Shown: positions 28,691 to 38,193 of the stretch, one piece after another
Position numbering within the stretch: the stretch's first letter is position 1
How the letters are laid out: each line of letters begins with the position of its first letter
Source: Patescibacteria group bacterium
Lineage (GTDB): Bacteria; Patescibacteriota; Dojkabacteria; J137
DNA length: 64,000 nucleotides
Direction of reading: 5' to 3'
NCBI GenBank assembly: GCA_963169855.1
Contig: CAUJCN010000002.1
Span: forward strand, 133,508-197,507
Position numbers and translations under genes: made by a program
Notes under the pieces: model-generated
The model's database searches: none
The model's input: the letters and a program-made list of their open reading frames with translations, nothing else
Told to the model about the DNA's origin: nothing

Positions 28691-28753
28691 CCTTGGCAAG
28701 GTGAGAAATGCCTCGGAGGCATTTCGGAATTCTACCAATTGAACTACATCTGC
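28691..28753 (-). pseudogene. Degenerate 5'-half copy of tRNA-Gly with an inserted GC hairpin
   Basis: The acceptor and D-arm GCAGATGTAGTTCAATTGGTAGAA show 22/24 identity to tRNA-Gly. An inserted hairpin GAAATGCC-TCCGA-GGCATTTC follows. An anticodon-arm-like CCTTGCCAAGGAAG follows that. There is no T-arm. Confidence 0.5.
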
Positions 28754-28843
28754 GTTTCAAGATTATATCAGATGAAAAGCATTATGGTAATCCCACCAAA
28801 GTGTTTCATCGTAATGAAACTCAAATAAGTGATACAATAAGTT

Positions 28844-29239
28844 ATGGCATACAACGAACTTACAAACGAAGAAAAAAGAGTAATCGAAGACAAGGGAACT
28901 GAACATCCTTTTACAGGAGAATACGATGATTTTTACGTGACAGGAACTTTTATTTGCCGTAGATGCAATCTCCCATTGTTTAGTTCCAAAGCAAAATTCA
29001 ATGCAAACTGCGGATGGCCAGCTTTTGATGATACATTTCCAAATGCGGTGAAAAGACTTACAGATACAGATGGGTACAGAACTGAAATTGAGTGCGCGAA
29101 TTGCGATGCTCATTTGGGACATGAATTTACTGGTGAAGGATTTACCAAAAAAGATACTCGTCATTGTGTAAATTCAGTTTCAATAAAATTTGTTCCAGAA
29201 GGCGAAACATTGCCGGAAGGTTTAACACAACAAACATGA
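28844..29239 (+). CDS. msrB: Peptide-methionine (R)-S-oxide reductase
   Basis: The zinc motifs CRRC and CANC are present, as is the GCGWPAF…HLGHEF catalytic motif. Confidence 0.85.
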   Translation: MAYNELTNEEKRVIEDKGTEHPFTGEYDDFYVTGTFICRRCNLPLFSSKAKFNANCGWPAFDDTFPNAVKRLTDTDGYRTEIECANCDAHLGHEFTGEGFTKKDTRHCVNSVSIKFVPEGETLPEGLTQQT

Positions 29240-29721
29240 AAGGAGAGGATTACATAACACAAGGGTTAATTTTGGAATTCCAAGGAAAGGCAGATACTTA
29301 CGGAGAAAGAACAGATTCAAATGGCCAAGAAGTTAAGTTTGCTGAGGTTAAAAACCCAGATTTCAGATATACTGATACCTATCTAAATGCGAGAATTTCC
29401 AGTGGGGTAGACGAAGCAACATTCCCAGGAGGAAAGATAACAAGGGAATACGGCGGGCAAACAGAAGATGCTTCAGTTTTAGAACCCCTCGGAATAACCG
29501 AAGCCGAAGTGTTTGAATTTCTTATTGAAATTATCTTAGCTAATGGTCCATTAACAAGATTAGCAAACGATTTTTCAACAACTGATGATGATTGGAAATA
29601 CGAGTACATAGTAACTTACAAGGACAAAGATGAGACTGAAGTTTTAGGCACAGAGAAAATTTTCTACAAAGGAGTTCAGGTATTCATACATTACTTCGAC
29701 ATCAAAGTAACCGAAAGCTAA
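29236..29721 (+). CDS. Hypothetical protein
   Basis: ATG 29236 overlaps the msrB TGA stop (ATGA). The track ORF 29164..29721 is the same frame. No family was recognised. Confidence 0.4.
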   Translation: MKGEDYITQGLILEFQGKADTYGERTDSNGQEVKFAEVKNPDFRYTDTYLNARISSGVDEATFPGGKITREYGGQTEDASVLEPLGITEAEVFEFLIEIILANGPLTRLANDFSTTDDDWKYEYIVTYKDKDETEVLGTEKIFYKGVQVFIHYFDIKVTES

Positions 29722-29762
29722 TCATTCAAGCTCAAATTTCCGGATTCAAACTTCTGGCTTCT

Positions 29763-29790
29763 AGCTTTTAGCTTTTAGCTTTTAGCTTTT
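29763..29790. repeat. Tandem heptamer (AGCTTTT)x4
   Basis: Read directly from the sequence in the intergenic spacer. Confidence 0.7.
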
Positions 29791-29852
29791 TAAGTATTAT
29801 CTTCAAAACCACATGGTTTTAATATAGTATGTAAGAGTAACATCACAAAATT

Positions 29853-31100
29853 ATGTATCACGTTTACGATTGCATTATAGTTGGAGGCGGAATTTCCGGT
29901 CTTGTTTGTGCGCACGAATTAAAAAAGCAAGGTAAAGATGTTTTAGTAATCGAATCTGGAAGTATTGGCGGAAGGATGGAAACTATAGAAATGCATGGAC
30001 ACAAGATAGATCTAGCTGCAGGATTCATTCTCGACTCTTACAAGGAGTTACTCAAGGTAGCTAAGGACGTTGGATTAAAGCCTGTTAAAAGTAAAATTGA
30101 AATGAATATTGGTATTGTAGAGAAAAATCGAAAAATCAAAGATGCATCACCTATTCATACAAGCCTGGCTACCAAAGTTGAACTTGTAAAAACTGCAGTT
30201 TTAAACCTACACCAACTAGCAACCCACGATATTACAGACTATTCAACTTTAACAAAAAAAGACGAAAACTTAGCCGCTTGGCTTAATCAACAAATCAATC
30301 ATGAATTTCTCGATGAGATTATCAACCCTCTTAGTAACGATTTATTTTTTTACGGAGCAGAACATTTCTCAAAAAACCTTTTCTTTGGACTGATGCGTTA
30401 CGTAATTGGTAGCAATCAAATGAACTTTCCTAACGGAATTGGCGAACTAAGTAAGAAGCTAGCTGAGAATCTTTCAATAATCGAAAACACACGAATTGGC
30501 AGTATAGTTGAGAAAGCAGATCATGTTGAACTTACATATGGTTCTTTCCCATTTAGAAAGAAGATAAAAGGGAGAAAAGTGATAGTTTCTGTTCAAGGTA
30601 ATCGGGTACTAAACTTGCTGTCTGTTCCAACTGAATCACAGAGAAACTTTTTCAAACAGATAAAATACTCATCTACAATAAAGCTGTTTGGGATAAGTAA
30701 CGCAGATGAATTTAAGTCTCATAATCGCGTTTACTTTAATGGTCATAAATCCCTTGCATCTGTGAACGTAGTTAATCAGGAGGAAAATGAATCATTAATC
30801 TCAGTTGGCTTAAAACACGAGTATTCAAAACATATTTTAGATGAAAAGTGGAGTGATAATCATATTATTCAGGAAGTAAAGAAACTCGATCCTAGTCTAG
30901 CAAATGTAAAATTTATAAAAGTTCAGAGATGGGCATCGGCTGTACCTATGTTTACACCTAATCACATTCAAAACATAGACTCATACCAAAACACGATTAA
31001 TACTAGTGGGATAGTATTCTGCGGTGATTATTTAGTTGGTCCTTTTGTAGAAGGCGCTGTTATTTCAGGACTTCGTGCAGCAGAGAAAATATTAGGTTAA
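29853..31100 (+). CDS. FAD-dependent oxidoreductase, amine-oxidase/protoporphyrinogen-oxidase-like
   Basis: The N-terminus DCIIVGGGISGLVCAHELKKQGKDVLVIESGSIGGRM has the GxGxxG dinucleotide fold. The C-terminal GDYLVGPFVEGAVISG motif is typical of the amine oxidase family. Confidence 0.6.
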   Translation: MYHVYDCIIVGGGISGLVCAHELKKQGKDVLVIESGSIGGRMETIEMHGHKIDLAAGFILDSYKELLKVAKDVGLKPVKSKIEMNIGIVEKNRKIKDASPIHTSLATKVELVKTAVLNLHQLATHDITDYSTLTKKDENLAAWLNQQINHEFLDEIINPLSNDLFFYGAEHFSKNLFFGLMRYVIGSNQMNFPNGIGELSKKLAENLSIIENTRIGSIVEKADHVELTYGSFPFRKKIKGRKVIVSVQGNRVLNLLSVPTESQRNFFKQIKYSSTIKLFGISNADEFKSHNRVYFNGHKSLASVNVVNQEENESLISVGLKHEYSKHILDEKWSDNHIIQEVKKLDPSLANVKFIKVQRWASAVPMFTPNHIQNIDSYQNTINTSGIVFCGDYLVGPFVEGAVISGLRAAEKILG

Positions 31101-31147
31101 CCTTCCGCTGCTTTCCATATCACAGAAAATATACGATAATAGAACTT

Positions 31148-32062
31148 ATGAAAAAATTTGCAAATATAATTCGAGGTTTTGTAATGGGAGTGGCCGAAAT
31201 AGTTCCAGGGGTAAGCGGATCAACATTAGCGCTAGCTATGGGAATTTACGATGACTTTATTGGACTGCTTTATTCTGTTGCTGAATTTGCAAAGACTTTA
31301 ACAAGATTTGTAATTCGAAAAACTGATTTGGCGTCTCTTAAAAAGTCTTTCTTCGACATTAAATTTGAGTTTGGAATCCCACTAGTTGTGGGAATGGGAA
31401 TTGCGATCGCACTACTGGCAGGAGTATTGTCTCACTTACTAGAAACTAATAAGCCGGAAGTATACGCATTCTTTTTTGGACTTGTGTTGACATCAATATA
31501 CCTTCCATATAAAGAACTTACCAAGTTTGGCTTTAGAGAATTTTTAATCGCAGCAGTAACTTTTGGCATATTTTTCATTCTTTTCAGTTTGAATTCGGTA
31601 GAATTTACAGAATTGCCTTCTCCAATCTACTTCTTCGGTGCCGGTATGCTTGCTATTTCAGCAATGGTGTTACCTGGTGTTAGCGGTTCATTCATAATGG
31701 TTTTACTAGGAGTTTACGATTTCGTTTTAGGATTTATTAAAAAACTTCTGTCCTTCGAAATTAGCCAGTCAGAATTCATTTCATTTGCCTTATTCGGTTT
31801 TGGAATTCTTTTAGGATTTATATTCTTCGTAAGACTATTGAAATACACTTTAAATAATTACTCTAACGTTGTATTTTCTTTCCTGATAGGAATTATGATA
31901 GCTTCTTTGAAAGTACTATGGCCATTTGATGCAGGAAGTTCTGCAACTCCACTTGCACTAGTTCTATTAGTAGCGATTGGAGGATCGGTGACTTTCTTAG
32001 TAACTTGGGTTTCGAATCAAAGCAACAAAGACAAACTCGAAATAAAGCCTGAACCAGTTTAA
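31148..32062 (+). CDS. DUF368 family membrane protein (putative polyprenyl-phosphate transporter)
   Basis: The duplicated signature VPGVSGS (EIVPGVSGSTLALAMG and MVLPGVSGSFIMVLLG) is present in about 8 TM helices. Confidence 0.7.
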   Translation: MKKFANIIRGFVMGVAEIVPGVSGSTLALAMGIYDDFIGLLYSVAEFAKTLTRFVIRKTDLASLKKSFFDIKFEFGIPLVVGMGIAIALLAGVLSHLLETNKPEVYAFFFGLVLTSIYLPYKELTKFGFREFLIAAVTFGIFFILFSLNSVEFTELPSPIYFFGAGMLAISAMVLPGVSGSFIMVLLGVYDFVLGFIKKLLSFEISQSEFISFALFGFGILLGFIFFVRLLKYTLNNYSNVVFSFLIGIMIASLKVLWPFDAGSSATPLALVLLVAIGGSVTFLVTWVSNQSNKDKLEIKPEPV

Positions 32063-32122
32063 GGTTCAATTAATCTTCCTCTATATGCCATCAACACAGC
32101 TTTTACTGTATAATCCAACAGT

Positions 32123-34036
32123 ATGAATAATATTAGAAACTTTTGCATAATCGCACATATAGATCACGGCAAGTCAACTCTTGCGGATAGACTTATTGAG
32201 TACACAGGTGCAGTTGCAAGCCGAGAAATGAAGGACAGAATGATGGACACCTTGGAATTGGAGCAAGAAAGAGGTATTACTATCAAATTACAGACAGCAA
32301 GATTGAATTATCCCTACAAGGGTGACAAAGCTGAAAAGGGTGCTTACATTCTTAATATGATCGATACTCCAGGGCATGTAGACTTTAGTTACGAGGTTTC
32401 TAGATCTGTAGCTGCTTGCGAAGGATGTTTGCTATTGGTAGACGCTACTCAAGGAATTCAAGCTCAAACTCTAACAACAGTTTACAAGGCAATGGAATAC
32501 AATCTACAAATTATTCCTGTACTGAACAAAGTAGATATGGATATTGCAGAAGTCGATAGAGTAAAAAAAGAAATGATCGACACTTTTGGATTTAAAGATG
32601 AAGACATAATTTTGGCTTCTGGTAAATCAGGAATTGGAGTTCCAGAAATCTTAGATACTATTGTGGAGAAAATCCCAGCTCCCGATTTAGATATGAGTTT
32701 GATCTTTACGCCTGATAAAGGTTTTGCTACTCAACCACCAAAAGCTTTAGTTTTTGATGCATTTTATCACGAATACAAAGGAGTAACCGCTTTAGTAAAA
32801 GTACTTTCAGGAGAATTCAAATTTGGGGATGAAATGTATTTGCTTGGAACTAGTGAAAAAATCTCTCCAATTGAAGTTGGGTACTTAACTCCAAAAATGT
32901 TCAAATCAAATGTTATTAAACAAGGCGAAGTAGGATACATCGCAACTGGACTTAAAGACATTCATAAAGTTCATTCTGGAGATACAATCACAAAAGTTTT
33001 AGATGATGAGCAGCAGCTTTTAGTCGAACCAATTACTGGATATAAATCTCCGCAGCCAATGGTTTTTGCCAGTTTATACCCTGTAGAAGCTAACGACTAC
33101 GAACAATTCAAAGAAGCTTTAGAGAAACTATCTTTGAACGATGCAGCGTTGACTTATCAAAAAGAATATTCTGCAGCATTAGGAACTGGCTTTGTCTGTG
33201 GATTTCTTGGACTATTACACTTAGAAATTACTCAAGATAGATTAGAAAGAGAATATGGAATTGATTTGATTGGAACAACACCAACTGTAGAATTCAGAAT
33301 TAAATTATCAACAACAGATTATTCAAAAGTCTCTAATATCAACGTTTCAAATATTGATACCGAAACAAATATCGCAACAATCAGAACTGCCGCAGAATTC
33401 CCGGATGGAAGTTTATTCTCTGTAGTTTACGAACCATTTGTAAATTTGGAAATCTTAACCCCAGAAGAATATATTGGACCAATAATGCAATTGTGTCAGG
33501 AGAAAAGAGGGACATACAAATCTATGGATTTCTTGACTAAAACAGCTTCAGAAAAGAAGCATGCAATTTTGAAATATGAAATGCCAACTGTAGAAATTAT
33601 TGTTAACTTCTTCGATAAGTTAAAGTCAATTTCTCATGGATACGCATCCATGGATTATTCTTTCCTAGATTACAAACCAGGAGATATTGTTAAAGTTGGG
33701 ATTCTTGTAAACGACGAACCAGTCGAAGCGTTATCGTTCTTGACACATAGAGGAAACGCGGCTAGAAGAGGAAAAGAAGTTGTAGAAAAGTTGAAAGAAA
33801 TTATTCCAAGACAAAACTTTAAAGTGCCTATTCAAGCAGCAATCGGAGGACAAATTATTGCAAGAGAAACAATTCCTCCATTCAGAAAAGACGTTTTAGC
33901 TAAACTTTACGGAGGAGATGTTACTAGAAAATTAAAGTTGTTAGAAAAACAGAAAAAAGGAAAGAAAAAGATGAAGACTTTTGGAAGTGTTGAAATTCCT
34001 AAGGAGGCGTTCTTGGAAGCGTTAAAGGTAGATTAA
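32123..34036 (+). CDS. lepA: Translation elongation factor 4
   Basis: NFCIIAHIDHGKSTLADRL, DTPGHVDF and NKVD are the GTPase motifs, and the LepA C-terminal domain is present (637 aa in total). Confidence 0.95.
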   Translation: MNNIRNFCIIAHIDHGKSTLADRLIEYTGAVASREMKDRMMDTLELEQERGITIKLQTARLNYPYKGDKAEKGAYILNMIDTPGHVDFSYEVSRSVAACEGCLLLVDATQGIQAQTLTTVYKAMEYNLQIIPVLNKVDMDIAEVDRVKKEMIDTFGFKDEDIILASGKSGIGVPEILDTIVEKIPAPDLDMSLIFTPDKGFATQPPKALVFDAFYHEYKGVTALVKVLSGEFKFGDEMYLLGTSEKISPIEVGYLTPKMFKSNVIKQGEVGYIATGLKDIHKVHSGDTITKVLDDEQQLLVEPITGYKSPQPMVFASLYPVEANDYEQFKEALEKLSLNDAALTYQKEYSAALGTGFVCGFLGLLHLEITQDRLEREYGIDLIGTTPTVEFRIKLSTTDYSKVSNINVSNIDTETNIATIRTAAEFPDGSLFSVVYEPFVNLEILTPEEYIGPIMQLCQEKRGTYKSMDFLTKTASEKKHAILKYEMPTVEIIVNFFDKLKSISHGYASMDYSFLDYKPGDIVKVGILVNDEPVEALSFLTHRGNAARRGKEVVEKLKEIIPRQNFKVPIQAAIGGQIIARETIPPFRKDVLAKLYGGDVTRKLKLLEKQKKGKKKMKTFGSVEIPKEAFLEALKVD

Positions 34037-34068
34037 AATGATTCGTGAAGTAAGTATTTAGCTCCTAC

Positions 34069-34449
34069 CTACTCTTCAGCTCTACTTCTCATATGTAGGA
34101 GTAAAGAGTCCAACTCACTCTGAGTAAAGAAATAACTTTTTACTCCAGTGATTTTCTCCCATACAATAGCGATGATACATATAGGAACTAGGCCATAAAT
34201 CAATAAAAAATAACCTGCAAAAAGTACACTATCCCAAAATCTCCAGCCTGAATAGGTAAGGATAACAATAGAAAATACTAAAATTAGTAAGGCCGAAATA
34301 ACCATAATGCTAATAATCTTATCTAACAGGCCTTTCCATGTAAAACCCTTTACAATTATGTATATTGCAGATGAGTCTGGAGTTAAAAAGCATTGTCCAT
34401 AGGAATAGTTCACTGCTAAAACGTATTCTGCCAATGTATGCCCTGCCAT
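34069..34449 (-). CDS. Small membrane protein
   Basis: A 126-aa ORF with 3 hydrophobic helices. Confidence 0.3.
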   Translation of the reverse strand: MAGHTLAEYVLAVNYSYGQCFLTPDSSAIYIIVKGFTWKGLLDKIISIMVISALLILVFSIVILTYSGWRFWDSVLFAGYFLLIYGLVPICIIAIVWEKITGVKSYFFTQSELDSLLLHMRSRAEE

Positions 34450-34501
34450 AAATACTATAAAACTAATGCATTATACACTTAAATATTCTGTTTTATAATT
34501 G

Positions 34502-35572
34502 CTATCTATTGTCTTCAATTCTCTTCAAAACTTCCTTCACGTCTCCAGATCGATCTCTTCTGCAAATAAATAGAGCTTCATCTGTGTCTACGATAACCAA
34601 GTTATCTACACCAATTGTCGCGATGATTTTCCCTTTTTTACCTTTGATTAAAGAATTTGTAGTATCGATGTCTATGATATCTCCGTCTTTGTAATTCTCT
34701 CCTTTTCCTTGAACAGAATATTCATAAAGAGAATCCCAAGTTCCTACATCTGTCCATTTGAATGGAAGCATAAAAACCGCACCCGATTCTTCAAAAATGT
34801 GACTTGTTACCTCTTCGATATTTCCTGGATTGGTAATTTCAGAATAAAGTTTTTCTGTTAATTCATCTTCATTATGTTTGCCGAAAGTATCTCGAATCTG
34901 AATCATTTTCTCGTACCAATCGTTGTGATACTTTTGAGTAGCTTCTAAGAGTAGATCTGAATACCAGCTCAAGTGATTACAGTGTATTACCACATGGAAA
35001 TTATCAACCATAGCTTTGGTTTCTTCATAAGTTGGCAACCTTCCGAGAAATTTCTTAACTCCATAAATTTCTGCGTTTCCTTCTGAGGGAATTTGATTTG
35101 ATAATTCAAAATAGTCTACTCCCATTACTGGATAAAGAGGATTTCGAACACCTGTTGTGATTTTTTTATGTGTTGAAACGAATTTATCGGTTTGATTAAT
35201 TAGATCAAGAAATTTATGATTTGGTTCTCGAATACAATCAGATTGAACAACATAGAAAGGTTCTCCAGGATACATGTAGTCAGTTTTCATTGCTGAGTAA
35301 AGAGTTCCAGGACCTTGGTTCTTTTTAGCATCTGGCTCAGCAATAATGTTTTTCTTAAGAATTTCTGGTGTCTGATTTAATACATGATCAACATACATTT
35401 TCTTTGTCGAGATGATAATGTCTTCCGGTCTGAAACCTTCCAATAATCCATACACAGTATCTTGGAATAAAGTCTGGTTCCCTACAACACTTTGAAAATG
35501 TTTCGGCTTTTTTTCGGTACTGTATGGCCACATCTTTGTTCCTTGGCCTCCAGCTAAGACTATTAATTTCAT
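34502..35572 (-). CDS. manC: Mannose-1-phosphate guanylyltransferase-like nucleotidyltransferase
   Basis: The N-terminus MKLIVLAGGQGTKMWPYSTEKKPKHF matches the ILAGGxGTRLWPLS…PKQF signature. Confidence 0.65.
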   Translation of the reverse strand: MKLIVLAGGQGTKMWPYSTEKKPKHFQSVVGNQTLFQDTVYGLLEGFRPEDIIISTKKMYVDHVLNQTPEILKKNIIAEPDAKKNQGPGTLYSAMKTDYMYPGEPFYVVQSDCIREPNHKFLDLINQTDKFVSTHKKITTGVRNPLYPVMGVDYFELSNQIPSEGNAEIYGVKKFLGRLPTYEETKAMVDNFHVVIHCNHLSWYSDLLLEATQKYHNDWYEKMIQIRDTFGKHNEDELTEKLYSEITNPGNIEEVTSHIFEESGAVFMLPFKWTDVGTWDSLYEYSVQGKGENYKDGDIIDIDTTNSLIKGKKGKIIATIGVDNLVIVDTDEALFICRRDRSGDVKEVLKRIEDNR

Positions 35573-35579
35573 GTTAAGT

Positions 35580-36035
35580 TTAGTTAAACTCTAAAGTAAA
35601 TTTATATCCAAGGTTATCACCAACAAGCTCTTTATTCATCAGTTTTAATTGTTTAGGAGAGATTCTAAAAACACCTGCAGTATTACCTTCAGCTGTTTGT
35701 TTGGCATCATATTTCTCTGGAGTATCTGTCCATTCATTTATAAACCACTGAACTTTATCAACATCCGTAATTCTTTCTATTGTTCCCCAAGCTTGAACTG
35801 CCTCTTTATTTCCATGAACTTCCTGTGGAGAATCAGCAACAGTTAATGCAGCTTTTCCATTCTTTAACGCTTGCTGAACGTGGATTGTGCTTAACGAGGA
35901 GTAGAAATAAATGTTAAAATCTTTATCTACAACATACCAGACAGTACAAATCCAAGGATGAGTTTCATCGTATGTAGAAATAACAATTTGCTTTCTAGAT
36001 TTAAGAAAATTATAAATGTGCTCTCGAAGTTCCAT
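35580..36035 (-). CDS. Pyridoxamine 5'-phosphate oxidase-like FMN-binding split-barrel protein
   Basis: A 151-aa protein with QIVISTYDETHPWICTVWYVVD…AALTV, the PNPOx-fold pattern. Confidence 0.45.
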   Translation of the reverse strand: MELREHIYNFLKSRKQIVISTYDETHPWICTVWYVVDKDFNIYFYSSLSTIHVQQALKNGKAALTVADSPQEVHGNKEAVQAWGTIERITDVDKVQWFINEWTDTPEKYDAKQTAEGNTAGVFRISPKQLKLMNKELVGDNLGYKFTLEFN

Positions 36036-36054
36036 TCAACTTAATTAACTAACG

Positions 36055-36609
36055 CTATTTTACACCATTAACTAATGGTTTTACTAAAGATAGGAAAGTT
36101 TCATCTCCTTCAGTCAATTCCATGAACACTTCTGGGTGAAATTGAAATCCAATTTGTGGTTTAAGATTATGTTTAACAATTTCTATTCCATCTTGTGACT
36201 CTCCTAGGATTTCGAAATCATCACTCAATCCGTTCACAATCCACTTGTGCCTAGAGGAAGCAGTAATTGTTCTTCCATCAGCTAATTCAATAGTAATAAT
36301 ATCTTTAGTTGGTTCGATCATTCGCATCATAGTGCCACCATAAGCCTTACATAACAGCTGGAATCCAAAACAAACTCCAACTACAACTTTGTCGGTTTCA
36401 GTGATGAATCTCATTATATGCTGAAAGTTTTCGGAATCGTTATCAACGTTGTACGTACTACTTCCAGAGAAAACAACAATTTCGTCTTCTACCAATTCTG
36501 GATGAAAAACTTCTACACTTACAACTCTGACTGGGCCAAGTTTGCTCAGTAGTTTAACTAGTAGGCCAAGTGAGTTAGTCCCATTGTTAACAACTAGAAT
36601 GTTTTTCAT
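36055..36609 (-). CDS. Class I glutamine amidotransferase
   Basis: The GVCFGFQLL motif carries the nucleophilic Cys. FQFHPE, downstream in the sequence, carries the catalytic His. Confidence 0.65.
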   Translation of the reverse strand: MKNILVVNNGTNSLGLLVKLLSKLGPVRVVSVEVFHPELVEDEIVVFSGSSTYNVDNDSENFQHIMRFITETDKVVVGVCFGFQLLCKAYGGTMMRMIEPTKDIITIELADGRTITASSRHKWIVNGLSDDFEILGESQDGIEIVKHNLKPQIGFQFHPEVFMELTEGDETFLSLVKPLVNGVK

Positions 36610-37313
36610 TAGTATTTCTCTCCAAAAACATTTGAATACCCTTTAATTAGAAGCATTGTTTTAACATCCTCAACCATTTCTGGATTTCCACAAATATAAA
36701 ATTCATCTGATTTACTATAGTTGATAAGATTTTCTTGTAGAAATTTTGTTACTCTTCCATTAAAAAATAATGCGCTTGGAAACCTTGTCGTATCTGAATT
36801 TTCCTCTTTCGTAATACACTGTATGTACCTAAAGTTCTGATTTATGAATGGTTCGAAATATTCGTAAGAAACTTCGTTTTCAAAGAATCTACATCCAAAT
36901 AAGAAATCTATCTGAACATTTTCCATTTCATTTGAGTTCTTAATTTGCTCAACCATTGGATAAAAAGGAGCTATTCCAGTTCCAGTCGAGATAAAAACTT
37001 TCTTATTTACACTTGGCTTCAAAGTGAATCTTCCGTAAGGACCAACTATTAAATTTTCTGCACCAACTTGAACTTGCTCAAAATATTGAGATGCGATTCC
37101 TCCAGGAATTGTATCGATCAAAAACCAGATTCCATCTTCATCAGTTTTGAAAATTGAGTAAGCTCTTCGGTGGGTTGGGGTTGTTTGAATCCCCACATAC
37201 TGTCCTGGGACAAATGAAAAGCTCTTGTCGATCGAATATTTAAATAGATAAGTAGTTTCAGCAATTTGAATTTTTTCTAAAAGTTTTTCAGTTTTATTAT
37301 AGAAATTCAGCAT
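36609..37313 (-). CDS. FNR-like FAD/NAD(P)-binding oxidoreductase
   Basis: RAYSI (RxYS), GPYGRF and ISTGTGIAPF motifs are present. The stop and start overlap the neighbouring genes (ATGA). Confidence 0.6.
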   Translation of the reverse strand: MLNFYNKTEKLLEKIQIAETTYLFKYSIDKSFSFVPGQYVGIQTTPTHRRAYSIFKTDEDGIWFLIDTIPGGIASQYFEQVQVGAENLIVGPYGRFTLKPSVNKKVFISTGTGIAPFYPMVEQIKNSNEMENVQIDFLFGCRFFENEVSYEYFEPFINQNFRYIQCITKEENSDTTRFPSALFFNGRVTKFLQENLINYSKSDEFYICGNPEMVEDVKTMLLIKGYSNVFGEKY

Positions 37314-38125
37314 TATCCAAAAAGTGTAAGTTCAGTTAAATATTCATACTGATCAATATGATCTTCGATATTTCTTCCAATTATATAATTAATATCGAAA
37401 GCTTTGCACCCATTATTTTCTAACAACAGATATCTTCCACGAAGCCCTAGAAATTTCCCAACCAAGTTGTGATCATTTTGAATCACATTGTAGTCTTCTG
37501 GATAAAAATAATAGTCTGTAAGATCTACTAAATTACCTTTTTCGTTAATTCCCAAAGTTTCCATTTTTGAGTCGAAAATCTTTTCTACATTCTCTTTTTT
37601 GGGTTTAATTCCCAAGTATTTTGATTTGTGAACAGACTTTACAGAAGTTGTGAGATTTAGTTTTATAGATACTTCTTTTTCCTTTTTCTGAATTTCAAAA
37701 CCATCAGATTCATCTATAAATGAATAAAATTGAGCATCTTGTTCTAACAATCTTTTTTCACCTCTATCTACATTTGCAGTGCCCACTTTTACCAATCCGG
37801 GTTCAAAATAGGCTAAATACAAAAAATGTTTTTTCTTTAAATATTTGTTCATTTCTTCGTTGGGAGTTGCATTCATAAAGAATGCTGACTTAAATCCTAT
37901 CGCTCTTTCACAATCATCACACAACACAGATTTCTCACCTATCTTGTTCCCTCTTAAACATTTCTGAAAAGTACCATTTTTAAAATAGCCTGGGCAAAAT
38001 TTCTCTACTGAAAGTTTAAAATCGAATTTGTAATTTTCTAAAGGAATGGACGAAACCGAGGAATCCGAAATTAGATCTAAGTAAACTTTCCGATCTGATT
38101 TGTAGTAAATATCTAGTATAGTCAT
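37313..38125 (-). CDS. Hypothetical Cys-rich protein, first gene of an operon with the FNR-like, GATase1 and PNPOx-like genes
   Basis: It is 270 aa with a CPGYF…C…CDDC cysteine cluster. No family was recognised. Confidence 0.4.
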   Translation of the reverse strand: MTILDIYYKSDRKVYLDLISDSSVSSIPLENYKFDFKLSVEKFCPGYFKNGTFQKCLRGNKIGEKSVLCDDCERAIGFKSAFFMNATPNEEMNKYLKKKHFLYLAYFEPGLVKVGTANVDRGEKRLLEQDAQFYSFIDESDGFEIQKKEKEVSIKLNLTTSVKSVHKSKYLGIKPKKENVEKIFDSKMETLGINEKGNLVDLTDYYFYPEDYNVIQNDHNLVGKFLGLRGRYLLLENNGCKAFDINYIIGRNIEDHIDQYEYLTELTLFG

Positions 38126-38193
38126 AATATTGAGTGTATGGATTCGACAGGCTCACCATGACACTCAATTGTCATCCTGAGCTTGTCGAAGGA

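Noticed and set aside
28691-28753. Upstream tRNA-Gly-like sequence as a functional intron-containing tRNA
   Set aside because: The only 8-bp stem is too long for an anticodon arm. No T-arm or 3' acceptor strand can be paired, so it is called a degenerate 5'-half copy instead.
29763-29790. CRISPR array
   Set aside because: There are only four 7-nt tandem repeats with no spacers. No CRISPR-like repeat-spacer structure or cas genes occur anywhere in the window.
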